Program-made: the position numbers and the translations under genes
The notes under the pieces: model-generated
Databases searched by the model: none
What the model saw: only the letters and a program-made list of their open reading frames with translations
Told to the model about the DNA's origin: nothing
Assembly: GCA_013239625.1 (NCBI GenBank)
Contig: MU054931.1
Coordinates: 372,001 to 436,000, forward strand
DNA from: Lama guanicoe
Taxonomy: Eukaryota
DNA: 64,000 bases
Direction of reading: 5' to 3'
In this document: positions 34,313-48,700 of the stretch, one piece after another
Numbering within the stretch: position 1 is the first letter of the stretch
Layout of the letters: every line of letters begins with the position of its first letter

Positions 34313-37300
34313 AGATGTGAAGCATCTTCAATTGTGAGAACCATGTCTAGCATCTGCCAGGGAAGAGGAACTAGCAAACCAAACAGAATAGGAAGAAACA
34401 AGCCAAGGAAGAGGGTAGACCATCCAGAGGCTAAAGCTCTGGAAGTCTACAAGCTGCTGAGAATCTGTATTTATTGATTACCTTCCATGTGTCAAGATCC
34501 AAGCTAGATGCTCTGTATTCATTATTCCAGAATAACCCTTGTAATAGGTATTGTTATACATGCATGAAGGATGAGTTAGCTAAGACACAGAGACTCAGAC
34601 TCAGAAGTTAAGTAACTTATCCGTATGACGGATCCAATAAGTGTTGAATTGGGACAGCCTTTAAACTTAGATTTCTCTGACCACGCAGCCCTGACTTTCT
34701 GCACATCTTCACTACACTGCCTCTAACAGGCAGAAACATGTGTTTTGGGTGTGTGGCTGGGGCTGCGGCAGAGGTTCTGGAGGGAAAGATTCCTTCCTGC
34801 ATTGCTGGCCAGAGGTTGCTCACCTAAACAGTATCACAACACTCTCTTGCAATATGTAACAAGTTGGAAATGGGTGCTTGTGGTGGTGGTGTGATTTGTA
34901 CCCACTGGGTTACATTTTTAGTTGGATTTCTTAATGCATCTTCATCTATACCTTTGGGGGCTATTTTGTGCACCCCAAAGAACCTTACAACTTGGGATTC
35001 TTCAGTTAACCAAGCAAAAGCAGCATCTGGGTAAAACTCACCGAATCCCCTCAACATTTCCATAGCACACTAGCCCCTTAGGATAAAAACTTAAGATCGA
35101 CTTTTTGTCTGCTCTCAATTGCCTTGAGGGTTTCTTAATTCTTAGTTTATACCCGTGGGTTCCAGGACCTTCAGGACTCCCAGTATTTTAAAGGACAAAG
35201 TAGCCCTTTCACCTACTGATTTTCCCCTGATTGATTGTTCACGTTAAGAGTAGCAGAGGTGGGAACTGGAGACTTACCAATGGGCCTCTTTAAAGCCTAC
35301 ACTGGCACCTGCGGCTCAGCTCTTCACCCATAGTACAGGACCTCACACGTAGTAAGTAAGTGCTCAATAAATATTTATTGAATAAATAAACGAGTAACTC
35401 AAATGAATAAAAATGTATTATGTCTCCAATGTAAGTAATGCTAGCAGGGAAGTCTACATGCCAGTGTAACCCCCGGTTGCTTGGTGTATGTACCTTCCCT
35501 GCTCTGTTTTGGGAATCTATAGTGCCTTCGCCTTAGGGTCACAGGTGCACATTTGGGATGGTGGGACAAGGGGACAGAGCTCCCTCCTGCTGCTGGCCTT
35601 GCCGTGCTGGGGTCCAGAGCTCCACTTCCCAGACTGTAGAGAACACCAGCTCCCTGAGTAGGAGTTGATGGTGATGGTGGTGATGATTATGATGACTCAG
35701 CACTTCTCTGACTCCAGAGTTAAAAATACTCTTCGTCCCAGCCTACTTGTTATTCCTCACGACTACCATGACAGGTGGGTGGAGGAGTGTTATCTCCAGG
35801 GGAAAAACACACTGGGGGCTGTGGCCCAGAATGCTGAAGGGACCCACTTTTAGAATGGTTCGCCCACCCCCACTGCCAGGCTCCCCGGCCAGGTGATCTC
35901 ACTCGGATTCTTCCCTGACCCTAGCTGCGTATTGAGCTCTTGTGTGTGTTTGGATCACGCTTCGAAGACAAGGGCCCTGGCCAAATTGGAATTAGAACTC
36001 AGCCCCGGGAGCTTTCCTTCATGACCACAGTCACTTTTTTTTTTCAACAGTGAATGTTTTTAAAAAACAAAAACAATACAAAACAAAACAAAAAGCAACA
36101 ACAAATAATCAGTGAGTGTCTGATTCTCCATTTGGAGGCAAGTGGACCAGTGTCACCTGAGGCCTGATTTCAGCGTTTATTCCAAGATTGGGTGGGGGTC
36201 ACTTCGACCCAAGAGACTTCAGAGCACAGCACCCTGATCAAAAAGGACTCTCTTTAATCTTTGCCTGCAGAGCTCTTGGGCTGCCAGGACTTAACGCTAC
36301 TTTTCCTGAGGTCACTGTGGCGTTCCCTGGTCTGAGACACTGAGAGCATGCGTGTCAAGATACTCTCTCACTGCCTGCTCTACATTCCTTTCCAACTTTG
36401 TCCTCCCCTGAGTTCCCAGTCTCCTTCTGTCCCCAGTGTCACAGCGCAGCCAGGCGGAAGAAAGCTGGGGCCATAAGGGGTAAGAGTTACCCCATCACCT
36501 GGGCTCGCCTGTCTTTTCAGGTGCACTTCTTGCCTTTCCGTTGCTCCTCGGGGAGGCCTCTGTCCCCTCACAGGCAGCAGGATCTCCTAAAGGATCTCCT
36601 TGCTGAGCTCAGATATGCTCCAGCTCACATCCACTTCAGAACCTCAGAGCTCAGTCACGCTTCGGCTGCCTGCCTCCCTGAACTGGGCCTTCTCTCCAGC
36701 TCACTGCCCCCTCCACCCTCTTTCTGGCTGGGCTGCTGAGCCCTCGCTCCTCCTTGTTCCCCACCTCCATTATTTCTGCTGCTGTCTGGTTCTTCCTCCT
36801 GCAGTCTTGTTTATCCACTTTCCCTCTGGTTCCCAACAGTCTCTTGGGCCTGAAGACACTACTCTCTGGGTGTGGCTTTATCCTCCCAGGAGACACACAG
36901 GCTGTGAGGGAAAGTGGCTGGTGACTGGGGTGGGGAAGGGAATCTTCACTGTAACAAGTCCCTGCTACGCTGCTGAGCACTGTAGCTTGGTAGAGCGAGG
37001 CCAGGAGGTCCGATTTATAGAACCAGGGATCCTATTCTGTTAGATGATGCGAGACATTTAGGTTTGGAAGGGATGGATCTGGGCTCAGACAGGTTTATTG
37101 TTGCGTGTTGGCGCACACCTTTCGGTTCCATCCTAAGCAGCTGTTGGAAATGAAAGGCTTTTGTTTCCTAGGCTTGGAATGGTGTGGGGTTTAGCTTTTC
37201 CAGGCTGAGTGAGGAGGAGGGACTCTTCAAGGTAGCTGGCTAGCTTGCCTGTGGTGGGTGTGAGGGTGGGGTTAAAACAAAAAGCAAATCCTGGTGTTAA

Positions 37301-40300
37301 CTCCTTTTTCACTGAAAAAAAAAAGTTATTCCAAATGTTTGCCCATATCCAAATTTTTAAAAAAGTATCAAATTTTAAGGTGTCATAAGTAAACTATACC
37401 TGATATATTTGCTAAAACCCTGCAATCAATTTGCATGTCTGGTCACTTTCTACTGACCCTCAATGGCCAGAGGTGGTTTCCTGAGATCTTTCTGAGTCTC
37501 CCAGACAGAGGATGGAACTGATGTCCTTTCTAACCCCCTGTTACCAAAGTTCAGTTATTCCTCCCCTTCTCTCTCTGCACCTCATCCTTCCCAAAACATT
37601 TTCCCTCTATAATTCTTGGAACTGTAGAATTTTAGAGTTGACAAGAATCCTAAGTAGCACCTAGTGGAAACTTCCCATTTTAAAGATGATGAGCTAAGAC
37701 CCAGAGAGGGTTAGAAACTTAAGCATGGTCACACAGGCAGCAAGTGGGAGCGGTGGTTATGACCCGAGTCTTCTGTTCTCACTGTCATTTGATAGCAGGG
37801 CTGTGAACTAGCTAATCTGAAAGCTAAGTTGCCATTTAGTGTGATTTTACTTCCAGGGACAGCCACTCTTCCTGCTCCCCATCTTCCTGTGGATTGTAGT
37901 GAGGAACCCCAGGGCCCTGCACCTCAAAGGAAGTCACTCTTCTAAACACTGGGCAGGTCAGAGAAGTTGGATGAGATGAGGAAGGAGTCTCCAAAGATGC
38001 GAAGAATGGCATCTTCACAAACGTCCAGGTCTTCCTGGAAGATTCCAGTTCTCACAAAAGAAGAGGCCAAGTGGCAAAAGCCACTTCCATGCCCTTAGGA
38101 GTTAAAAAGGGTGATTATGAGGACAGGCCAGGTGCACGTGTGTGTGCTCGTGTCTGCGTGATGGAGAGCTGGAGGATGCTAACCTGATTGGGAAGTGGGA
38201 GACAGAGGCTAGAAGAGACAAAAAAGCAGAGGAGCATGTCCTATTCTTGAGCTACTGAGGGAAAAAATCTGGAGGCAGAAGTGGGCTTGCAGTAGGCTGA
38301 GGGGGGGCCCTGGGAGGCTTAGTTAAGATTCTGAGGAGCAGAGACTGGGAAGTGGGTGGCAGAGAAGGAGGTGGGGACAGCTGTTGCTTTGATTTGCTGT
38401 TGAGTCAGTGTTCTCGGTGCATTAGCTCTGGGAGGGAGCCCTGGGCTGGCCCCCAACGAAAACAAGCCCCTCTGTAGCCAGTAATTTGTTGTAGCAAGAC
38501 TGCCACTGGGAGACAGGAAGGAAGGGTATCTGATCCTGAAAGAGCCCCTTCCTAGCCTTAGCTGCCGCCTTCTAGGACTAGGCTGTGTGCTGTAGATAAG
38601 CGCCTGTGTTCTGTACTAAGGGGCTGGGTGGGGGCGATGAGACAGAGCAGACAGGATGGCTGGCTAAGAGGCGCTGGGAGAACAGGTTCCGTGCAGGGCT
38701 TTGACCTTCATCAGTCGTTTCTCAAGTAAGCCCCTCTGGCCGGGCATGAAATCACTCCAGCTGATGACAGCCCTGAGCCATTTTAGCCTCTTACCCCATC
38801 TCCTCATTCCCTTCCCACCACGCTCACACATACTCAGAGATCAGGACAGGGATGGCCCGGGGTCTGCATTCTCATGCAATAGAGAGTCAGGAGGCCAGAC
38901 TTGGAACTCTTACATGTTCCTTGATCCAAGTGCAGGCACTGTATTACCCTTTCCCTAAATTTACCCTGCTGCTTTCACACACAGGTACTATAACTGGGGG
39001 GAAGTACCGCCCCATCTTAGGAAAGAAAGTACTTGGAAAAGGAATACAGAGTCAGTATAGAGTAAATGAAAGCATAATTCAGTTTAGCTCTTTGGAAAAT
39101 TCGTTTAGCTGTGAGAAAACAGGGCCTAGGGATGGGCAGGAGAGCCCAGGGACACCGGAGAGGAGGAAAGAATAGATTCCCGGAGGATGAGCCACGTCCA
39201 ACCAGGTTCCGCAGCCTTGCTCTTACCCTCCAGGGCCTCAGAAACTGTTTGAGCCCGTGGGTGAACTCCCTTTCTCAACAGGCTCTATTTACTCCCCTTT
39301 GCTCTTTTAATGCTGCAGTTTAGATATTTCAGGCTGATGGTCTGGTGTAGTAAGATAACAATGTTGTGAAAAAGTTTAATTTGTTAGAAGTCAGGCAAGG
39401 AAGCATTCATCTCTGCTGGTTCTGATTTTACTGACTTGTTTTTATGGTTTCCCTTCACAAGGTGATCAGAGTCAGGGTGTGGAGGACAGGTTCAGGGCCA
39501 TGATGAAGAGCATCACTTGGAAAAAAGGGTGTTCTGCTCTCCACGCCCGCACTCCCCGGGGTTCCCCTCTTTCTCCAATCCCAGCTGAGATTTAGTCTCT
39601 TCCCTTCACTTTTCCCGCCTAAAATGTATTTTTCAGAAAGTGGCACATTGTTCAATTAGCCTTACTTTGTGCCTTCCTGGGAATTTAAATCTCCTATGAA
39701 ACAGACACATTCTTCCAAGTCTAAAGACCTCACAGTCCCCCCAAATGGCAAACAACTCTGTTCCAACCCAAAGATCTCCTCTTCTTAAACCTTCACTGAA
39801 TGTTTCTTCTTCAGTGTGGCTATACATTTGACTGGTTTTATTCCGTCAGTACATATATTTTATTCCGTCAATACATATTCCAACCTGGTTACTCACTTTT
39901 TCAGTATGTGACCCTCAACACACACGTGACACACTAGTTTTCACTATTCGTATCTCTGTTTTCATTTTTTTTCTGTCATAAACACAGCTTTTTCTTATGA
40001 CCCAGATACAGAGCCCTTTTCACAAGCCCGCTATTAATCAGAACTCCTTACTTCCAGAAAACCATATGGTTTAAACTCAGATTCTCCCCAGAGCAGAATT
40101 CAGGCTCTCTCTCCTGCTCAAACTCCCCAGGAGAGGGCTAGAATCCTCTTCTCCCCAGGGCTGAGGCTCAGTCCATCTGTCACTGACACTGGACTCCAGG
40201 GCTTGGAAACCAGAAGAGAGTTGGCATTAGGCTGCAGTGGAGGATAAATGAAAACGTGTGAGGCCCATGGGCTTAGTGATGGTGGCTTTTATATTTGTTT

Positions 40301-42401
40301 GAGTTTATAGCATGGAGATTAGGGGAGGAAACATGTAATATGTGTTTGGAAATAGCTCATCCTTAAGAACTAGAGTAGGAGCCAATAAGAACAAGTGAGT
40401 ACAGTTGTCCCAGTGTTATGTTTGCACTTGCTGAGGGCCAAGTGATTAGGAGCAGATGGTAAAATGGGCCCATCATTTTAAAATAATGAAAGGACTTGGC
40501 CCCAGGCTCTTCTAAGGCTGACCTAGGCTATGCTAAGTCTCAAGTTACCCGCCATCAATATACGTATTAGAGTCTTGCTGGGTTTCCAAGAAGTATAAGT
40601 TATTTAAGTCAGCGACTCAATAAACCAGTTCACCTTCTGGAGCTTTTTACCCTGTCTGAGGCTTTGGCTGGAATTCTAGAATCCAAATTGGAAGCAAAGA
40701 GCCAGGTCCCAGAAGAGGAGAAATTAAACACAAGAAGCAAGGATCTGCATATTCCCAGTGAAATCTGGCATTGGAAGAACTAGTCCTCCACTCTACCTTG
40801 CTAATATCTGGGACTATATGAAGGAGGTGGAGAGCTAAGTAATGGCTGGCTTAGAGATGAATGGCTGTAATAATGGCCTTCATTTCTTTTTCTTTTTCTT
40901 TTTCCTCCTAGGGTGAGGTGATGTGGCTGACCTTTCTGACCCTGAACTAGAAGTAAATGAGCCCAAGGTGCTTATAATTAGCAATCAATACACAATTAGT
41001 GTAGATCTAGCTGGGGTAAGGAAAAATAAATCCTTAAGAGAGAACAACATTTTTGTTCTTTATTTTATGTAGCTTTCTTATCATTCTCCTGGAGGCCTCC
41101 AGGAGAAAGATGGAGAGAGATGGGAGGTTAAAGAATCTCAGAGGTAAGAGCTCACATAGAAGAATGAGATGCATACTGCAAAAAGTGTTGGATCTGCATT
41201 AGAATCCTTTCAGAAACATGTTTGCTTTCTATGAGAACAGGGGGACTCAGGGAGATGAGTAGATGGGAGATACTCCAGCTGTTACTAAAACCCTAATTCT
41301 GTCTCGGTGAAGGCTCGCTCATGGAGATAAATCACTTCCATTACCTGTCCTTGAGGAATGAAGTTTCTCCTTGTTTCAAATAAGGAAATGGAAGAGGGGT
41401 CCTGGAAATTAATTCTGGAAGCCTGTCTCCCCAGCCTCACTCTGGTGTAGGTTATTCATAAGTATTAACTATTATATGAACTATTATAAAAAAAACTGAC
41501 GTGGGGGGATCAGCACTTAGGGAAGAAAGGCTCTGTGTAGCTCTGACGTGAGGGGAGGAACAGGCTGTCTAGTCTCGGACTGGCAGGGGCTGAGCATTCT
41601 CGGCTCCGTGCCTCACTTGATGCCATCAGCTTATTGGCAGATACCCCAAATGAGGAGCATAGTCCAGTTTAAAGATGCATCTCCTGAGTTTTGGCCAAGG
41701 ACTTGGATTCTGGGATAGAATGGTTATACTTAAGGCCATTTTTTCTGTACAAGATGGTTATAATGGTGAGGGACATGAGCCAGGGGTTTGGTATTAATTT
41801 TCTATGCCTCTCATATATTGAATTCCTCTGTTGTCTACTGATAACCCATCACTATGTATTGTCTTTACGTTTATTGCTACGGCAGAGGGGAAAGGGACAG
41901 TAAGCACCATGACAGGACAATTAGACTTGGCCATCAGGCTCAGAGTGGTGTTAAGAGGTGCATGCTTATAAACTGAGTTGGGCTCATTTTGCATTCCACA
42001 TTTATAGGTGTATATGTGGTTATTGTGTATGAGCAAAGCTGTCTCAGTCTAAACCATGAGTACTTGTATTCTGTTTTAAATTTAAGAGTCCATGTACGGC
42101 AAAAGATTCCATTCTTCTAAGGCCATTTGACTCTAGGACCTAGTTTACTGAACATTGCAAACAACACTTCTTTTCAACCTCAGAAGTATTTGCTCTTTCT
42201 GTCCCCTTCCTACAGGTGATTAGGTGGTTCTGAGGATTCTCCAGATCTGTATCTCCAGATCTTGTTCCCCTCTTTCTGGTGGATCAGGTCAGGGGTCATA
42301 GCCAAGATCATATGTGTATTTGTGGTTGCGGGAGGAAGATTCCAACCCTGTTCTGAGGGCTGCAGTGTGGAGAGCAAAGAGATTATGAAGACTGGAGGGA
42401 G

Positions 42402-42472
42402 AGCAGGACCACGGAGAGCAGCAACAAGAGCCTGGAGTGTCCCCGTCAGGGGCTAGCACCATGGAGAGCTCA
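42402..42472 (+). promoter_or_regulatory. Two tandem RE1/NRSE (REST)-like sites
   Basis: agCAGGACCACGGAGAGCAGC (42402-42422) and gcTAGCACCATGGAGAGCTCA (42452-42472), compared with the consensus TTCAGCACCACGGACAGCGCC. Confidence 0.6.
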
Positions 42473-45400
42473 AAGCACCTGTGGTTTGTTCCACAAAGAA
42501 CAGGGGAACCAGCATGGTGGGTTAAGGCAACCGGCTCTCAAACACTCATATGGAAAAGCAGACATCAAGGCTTCTGTGAGGATCATGCCACAACCATCAC
42601 TTGCTCTAAAAGGCCTCCTGAAGTGCTCTGTTTGAGCCTGCCACACACACAACCAAGAGATTGTGCTAAAAAGTGAGGACCACCACCAGACTGAGTTTGT
42701 CAACACGAGCCTTGGTCATTATGAAAATTACCCAACTATTAGTGGTGCTGGAGGGAGTTTAGATTTGCTACAACCAATTAATGAATGAAATTAAGAGTAT
42801 CCTTTAGTGTGGGAAACAGTGCCACAGAGCCTGTGTCCCCTCAGAGACACTAGGCATGAGGAAGCTAAAGTGTGCATTCCAATCAGGTAGGGTATGAGAG
42901 GTAACAGAGTCACGGTGCTCCAAGGCACCCCAAATTGCTGTAAATAGTCCAACCTTGATCGTACATGGAAAAGCAGAATGGATTATGCCTCTTAAAAAAA
43001 GGTATTGTCCTTAGAGGCCTCTGTGTTAGGAAATTTGGTCACTCTCTTTAGACTCAGGGAATTTTTGGTAAAGGGACAGACATTTCTATCTTTCAGTACT
43101 TGTTGCTTCTGTGAAGAATGTGTAGTTCTACTGGGCTTGTATTCTGTAAAAATCTCAGCAGCTTCGTGTGCTCAAGACTCCTGAGAGCTTGGCTTCTCAC
43201 TGCTGCAGTGGGTGAGTCTCCTTGGTGTAGCAGGGTCGGATTTTTCCCTTGGGTTGTACCCCGAAGCTTCAGCTGGTTCTGACCCTGTGAAGAATCATCT
43301 CCACAGTGACTCCTAGAGGGAGAGGCAGGTCTTTGGCCCCTGAGACTTGTTCTTCTCTGTTTTACAATTACATGGAGTGCATGTTTGTAATTTGACTGAA
43401 TTCTTAGAGACCTGAATCCTTTTCTGATGGCTTGCTTTTCCAGGCTCTTTTTATGATGGTTTGTTTCTCTCTGTCACTTAAAAGCATTCCCACAGGGATT
43501 GCTATTCTCAGAGTTTATGGATGGACCTCTAGGACATGACCTCATCCAGGAAACAAAATGTTCCAGTGCATAGACCTATAGCCAATGATTAAACAGGAAA
43601 CAGTAAATTTTAGCATGAAAAATGAAAGGAGAGGATATAATTACCAAAACTTTCTAATACTCTGGCATTCCGTAGTCAGTAAGGAACTGATTCTGTCCAT
43701 AGCTTGCTTTTGTGGAGAATCTGGGAGCTAGATTACCATCCTCAAGTGAAATTCCATTATCGAGAAATAGGTGACAAAAAGGGGATTGTTGCACCAGTTC
43801 TGCTGGAATAGGAAATGACAGAGAATGTGACTAGCCACAGCCCCAGGGGTTTTATTTCTCTGATGATAACTGTGAGCATTTTGTTCCCTAGGTCATTTTT
43901 TTTGTGTGTGTGAGACCTAAGGACACACAGCTTTTGATTCTATTGTACATATTATTTGGATGGCGAGAAAGTAGTAAGAGCAGAGGGTGCCAGAATCAGA
44001 TCTGAAGATTTACAGAGCAGTGGCATAACTCCCCGGTCTGCTGTTTCAAAGTGACCAGAACACCAAAAAGATGCCATCTGTGGAATTTTATGGCTGCAGA
44101 ACTATGAGTCATTCTCCAAGTGAATAGTGAATGTCTCCAACGAGGCACTCTTGAAATTAGATTTGGACCTCCTTTCTTCCTCAGTTGGAAGAGGAAAGAG
44201 AGAGAGAGAGAGCTGAAGGGTAGTGAGCTGTCTCATTTACTGTCAGTCTGGGGCAGAAGATTTTCAACTGTATGTATCAGAAACTCAGTTTGTGCCTTAA
44301 GGATTAGGGGGCACATACGGGAAGCCAGGAAGGGGGAAGAGAGGGCTCCAAGTCTTACTTCTCTGTTTCAGTAAGAGTAATTTTCCTTTGATCTGTTTTA
44401 TTTATTTGATCAAGGAATTTCACATCTTTAAAAACAGAAGGGAGAAAACCACTGTCCTAGAAGAAGCTGCTAAAACCAGTAGTGCTGCCCAGCCCTGGGA
44501 GAGCTCAGGACAGAACCTTTGGCGTAACCACTAGGTGGGCAGCTGACACGCCACAGCGTGGGTGCCACATCAGACAGACTGGTTTTACATGGAATTAACG
44601 AGACTCTGCCTCACCAGTGTCTCTGACGGTCTCACCTTCTCTGTGGCAGAAAATGCACATGTCTGAAGGGAGAGCCTCTCCCTCTCAGGGGTTCCAGCTG
44701 CAGTGAGGAAGAGATTAGGAACAGAAACAGAACAGCTACAGCTGCAACTAAGAACAGAAACTGGATGGAGCAGGTCTGCCAAGCAGGTCCGTGGGCAGCT
44801 CTGGCGTGAATGCCTGCTGGACTTCTCTGGCACACTGGGCCTGAGCTCTACACTGGGCACCTGGCCAGGGGGCTGCAGAATGGATGGCAGTGGACAGAAG
44901 GTCATCGGGAAGGGAAAGATATTCATGTGTGAGGCAGCGCAGTACAAGGTTAAATTGCTATGTCCTGGTCTAACGCAAAGTGAGGCTGCCCACCTGTCTG
45001 TCTCTGCACTCGATCAAAACTCAGAGTGCTGGAAATAACTTGAGAAGGGAGACTCCAAGGAAAGCTGGTCACAGTGTTGAATGTCGAGCTGCTCACCAGA
45101 GAGACAACCACAGGCTAACATTAAGTTCACAGGCCTTGTATCCTCCGAACCTGGAATACCAACTCCTGCCAGTACTAGTGAACTGTGAGAAGGAAAGGGC
45201 ACGTGACAAACTCTGAATGTCTACACATTCCTGAGCCTCTAGCCACAGCACTAATGGCCAGGTTTGAATAATAGTTGTTCGCCTTTCTGCAACATCTCAG
45301 TCCCTGTTCAGCCTTGTGACACCTAAAACATATATGCTGTACTCCAGGGAGCTATGCACCCCAGCAGCACATGAAGTTGGTGTTCCTCATTTTAATGGAA

Positions 45401-47519
45401 ATAGCCACTCTACCATACACCCTTGACCACTCCAGCATCAGTGTATTAGGATGTCCTGTCCTTAAACTTTCACACCACATCTCTCCTTCTTTTGGTCAAA
45501 CACTACCAGGTAAGCTGTGTACTGGCTAGCTCCCTGTCCTGGGGCCTCGGTCCCCAGTCAGGAGTACTAGACACACCTTCTGCATGATCCTGGACAGAAT
45601 GGCCTTCAGTCACCATCTATGAGCATTAAATCTATGCACGTACTTCCCACATCAGAGCTGGCCCTTTTAGATCCAGAAACTAAGAAGTAGGATTAATTTA
45701 GATAGAAGATGGTATACAGTTGTGCTCTCTTGTACATCAGTGCATCCTGCGACATTACACACCAGACCAGGGTTCACTGGACAGATGTCTGGACAGTGTC
45801 TTGGACAGATGATGCTCTACAAGGAAAATGATGCTTGATTTCATTCTTTCTCTGGAACAGATCCCCTCCCCATCCCCAAATTCTCAACCCCTCCTCTGGA
45901 AATTCTCCACTCCAAAGTTAGTGCCTTCCACTCTTCCCTCCAGCCACTGCTCTGAGACACAGACAGAAATATGAGGCTAGAGCCTTTCTCTTCCTCCCAA
46001 CCTTAAGCCTGAGTAGGGGCTGGCCCCCAGATTAAGGACCAAGAAAAAACAGTGCAGTTGGTGAAGAAAGACTTGGCTAGTATACAGATTTACTCTGTTC
46101 TCCAGGGTTTACATCCTAGAGTTAAAGAGCTCACAGCTTTCTGGGAAGATTTCTTTCTGTTTAGGTCTCAGCCTGGTCCCATCAGTTCCCGCTGCAGAAC
46201 AGGTGCAGTCTGGGTCCTGCTTGTCTCTCTTAAACACAGCTAGCAGGGTGGGAAGGCCAGGGGCTGCAGGTGAACGCCAGCCTAGTAGCGGGTTGTTATG
46301 GTGCTACGGACACCCAGTAGCCTCTCCTTGCCTTGCACTTAGCCTGCCCTCCCTCGGGACTCTCCTCGCCTCCTCAGTGAGTGGGGCCATCAGTACAGTC
46401 CTCTGGGGAAGGGGGACTCCACCTAGGAAAGAGGAGGGGCTGCTGTCTCCGTGGCGACTTGGGCAGGAACTCCCTTTGGGGAGTGATGATGGGCACAGGG
46501 TGGAAGGAGTCAGCCAGCCAGCTGTAGGGAGGGGATCCCCAGTGTCCCCATATCAGCAGAAGGTCCTTTATCATGATGAAGACAGGGATGGGGGGAGGAG
46601 GTCACGCGAGATGGAGCAGTTATTCCTCCAGTACCCTGGCTCTTCTCCTGTTTCCTTCCGATGAAATTCTCNNNNNNNNNNNNNNNNNNNNNNNNNNNNN
46701 NNNNNNNNNNNNNNNNNNNNNNNNNNNNNNNNNNNNNNNNNNNNNNNNNNNNNNNNNNNNNNNNNNNNNNNNNNNNNNNNNNNNNNNNNNNNNNNNNNNN
46801 NNNNNNNNNNNNNNNNNNNNNNNNNNNNNNNNNNNNNNNNNNNNNNNNNNNCCCATATCCCATGGCTCCGCAGAGGTCCCGGTCCCTCTTCCCCTCCCCC
46901 AGGCCAGCCCGCCTCTGATGGGGCGGAGGAGACAGGAGGATGCATTCCTTTAGTCCCTTCACAGCCTGCCCTGCCTCCTCCGGGGACCTGAGGCTCTGAG
47001 CTGTGGCTCGTTTCCTGGTCTCCTACAAACTGCCCCCTGTCACCCCATTAACCGCCAAGCAGCCTTTAAGAAAGCTGAGGTGCCCCCACAGCGCTGACCT
47101 ACATAGCCCAGTCCAGGGCGGGAGGGGCTCTTCACCAAGTCCCCTCACCTCTAGCCCCGCCTCCTCTCTCCCCCGACTCTCCTCCTTCGTCTCTTTACCA
47201 GTACAAACCCAAGAAGGTTTGAGTTCCAGACTGAAGCAAAGGGGGCTAGGCAAGCCACCCCACCTCAAATCTGGGGAAATCAATGCTTAGCCCAGGAAAG
47301 CTTTGGGCTTTCTATGTCGCCTCCTCCCCAAATATCTTCCTCCTTCCTTTTGCCCAGCCTCCCCCTACCGCCCCCACCATGTCCTCCGCTCCTGTCTGGG
47401 TTTCTTTTCCCAGCTTCTGCTACCGCTAGGGATATTGCCATCCCGGGGCCCTCTCCGCCCTGTGTTGTTGTTTTGCTACAAGGAGAAGCCCCCCTCCTCC
47501 TTGCCCACGCCCCCCTCAG

Positions 47520-48700
47520 CAGCCTCACCCAGGCCCCCTTCCCTGCCCACTCCGAGCTCCGCCGCGGGCGGGGGGGCGGGCGGGGGAGCAGAAATGTTTG
47601 CATACAGCAGTTTGGGGGATTGCACTGGCTACCCAGCCCCNNNNNNNNNNNNNNNNNNNNNNNNNNNNNNNNNNNNNNNNNNNNNNNNNNNNNNNNNNNN
47701 NNNNNNNNNNNNNNNNNNNNNNNNNNNNNNNNNNNNNNNNNNNNNNNNNNNNNNNNNNNNNNNNNNNNNNNNCACAGACGCGCACACCCAGACACACACA
47801 CACACGCGGACATCAACACATCCAGACCCCGAGCTGCCGATAGCAGACCCAAAGCCCGGGTGCACACGCAGACACACTCGACAGTGCACACGCAGGGGGC
47901 AAACCCGGCACACCCCACGATCCACAGAGACACGGATGCTCAGAGACAGACACAGGGGTGTTAGCAGCGACTGGCGACTTTAACCCCCGGTTCCAAACAA
48001 AGCCAACAGGCTCCCTCCGCCCCCGCCGCCGGTCGGAGCCCCCGCCCCGGTCACTCCCCACCTCCCCTGGCGCCGCCCCCTCCCTCACTCACCGTCCTGG
48101 GAGAGGTTGGCCCCGCCGGGCGCCCAGCAGCAGGCGAAAAGCAGGAGCAGGGGCAGGGCGGAAGGGGCCCCCATCGCGCTTCCCGGCCGGCTCCCTGGCT
48201 GGGCGCTGGCGAGCCTGGGTCCCCAGGGGCGGGGGCTGGGGAGGGGGTCGANNNNNNNNNNNNNNNNNNNNNNNNNNNNNNNNNNNNNNNNNNNNNNNNN
48301 NNNNNNNNNNNNNNNNNNNNNNNNNNNNNNNNNNNNNNNNNNNNNNNNNNNNNNNNNNNNNNNNNNNNNNNNNNNNNNNNNNNGGTGGAGGGGGGGTGAC
48401 GGGGGGCTGGGCTGGCCGCGGGGGGGACAGGCTGCCGCAATCCCCACTACCCCCGCCTCCCGCACCCCCTCCGCGCCGTCGTGGTGCCTTCCGCCCTCTC
48501 CCCCGGGAGCTCCACCGGCCCGGCTCGGGTGTGGAGCGGAGGGAGCGAGCTGGCTCAGCAGTGGGACCCGGCGCCCACCCCTCTTAGGCCTGGGGTGGAG
48601 GGAGGGGAGTCGGGCAGGGCCCTGGGCCAGCTGGCGGGAGGAGCCACTGCAGGCCTGGGCAAGGGCGTGCCCACTCGCCCGAGGTCTTCCAGCCCCGCCC
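47520..48700. promoter_or_regulatory. CADM3 promoter/exon 1 CpG island
   Basis: Very GC- and CpG-rich with GC boxes around the ATG; interrupted by two N-gaps. Confidence 0.85.
48093..48174 (-). CDS. CADM3: Cell adhesion molecule 3, exon 1 (signal peptide MGAPSALPLLLLFACCWAPGGANLSQD)
   Basis: gcgATGG start and G|gtgagt donor; 82 nt, phase 1; lies in a CpG island. Confidence 0.96.

Noticed and set aside
34824-35063. 79-aa minus ORF with protein-like composition; the + frame LAICNKL...GFLNA faintly resembles an olfactory receptor
   Set aside because: No MAYDRY or other olfactory receptor motifs, no extension and no splice context; likely chance.
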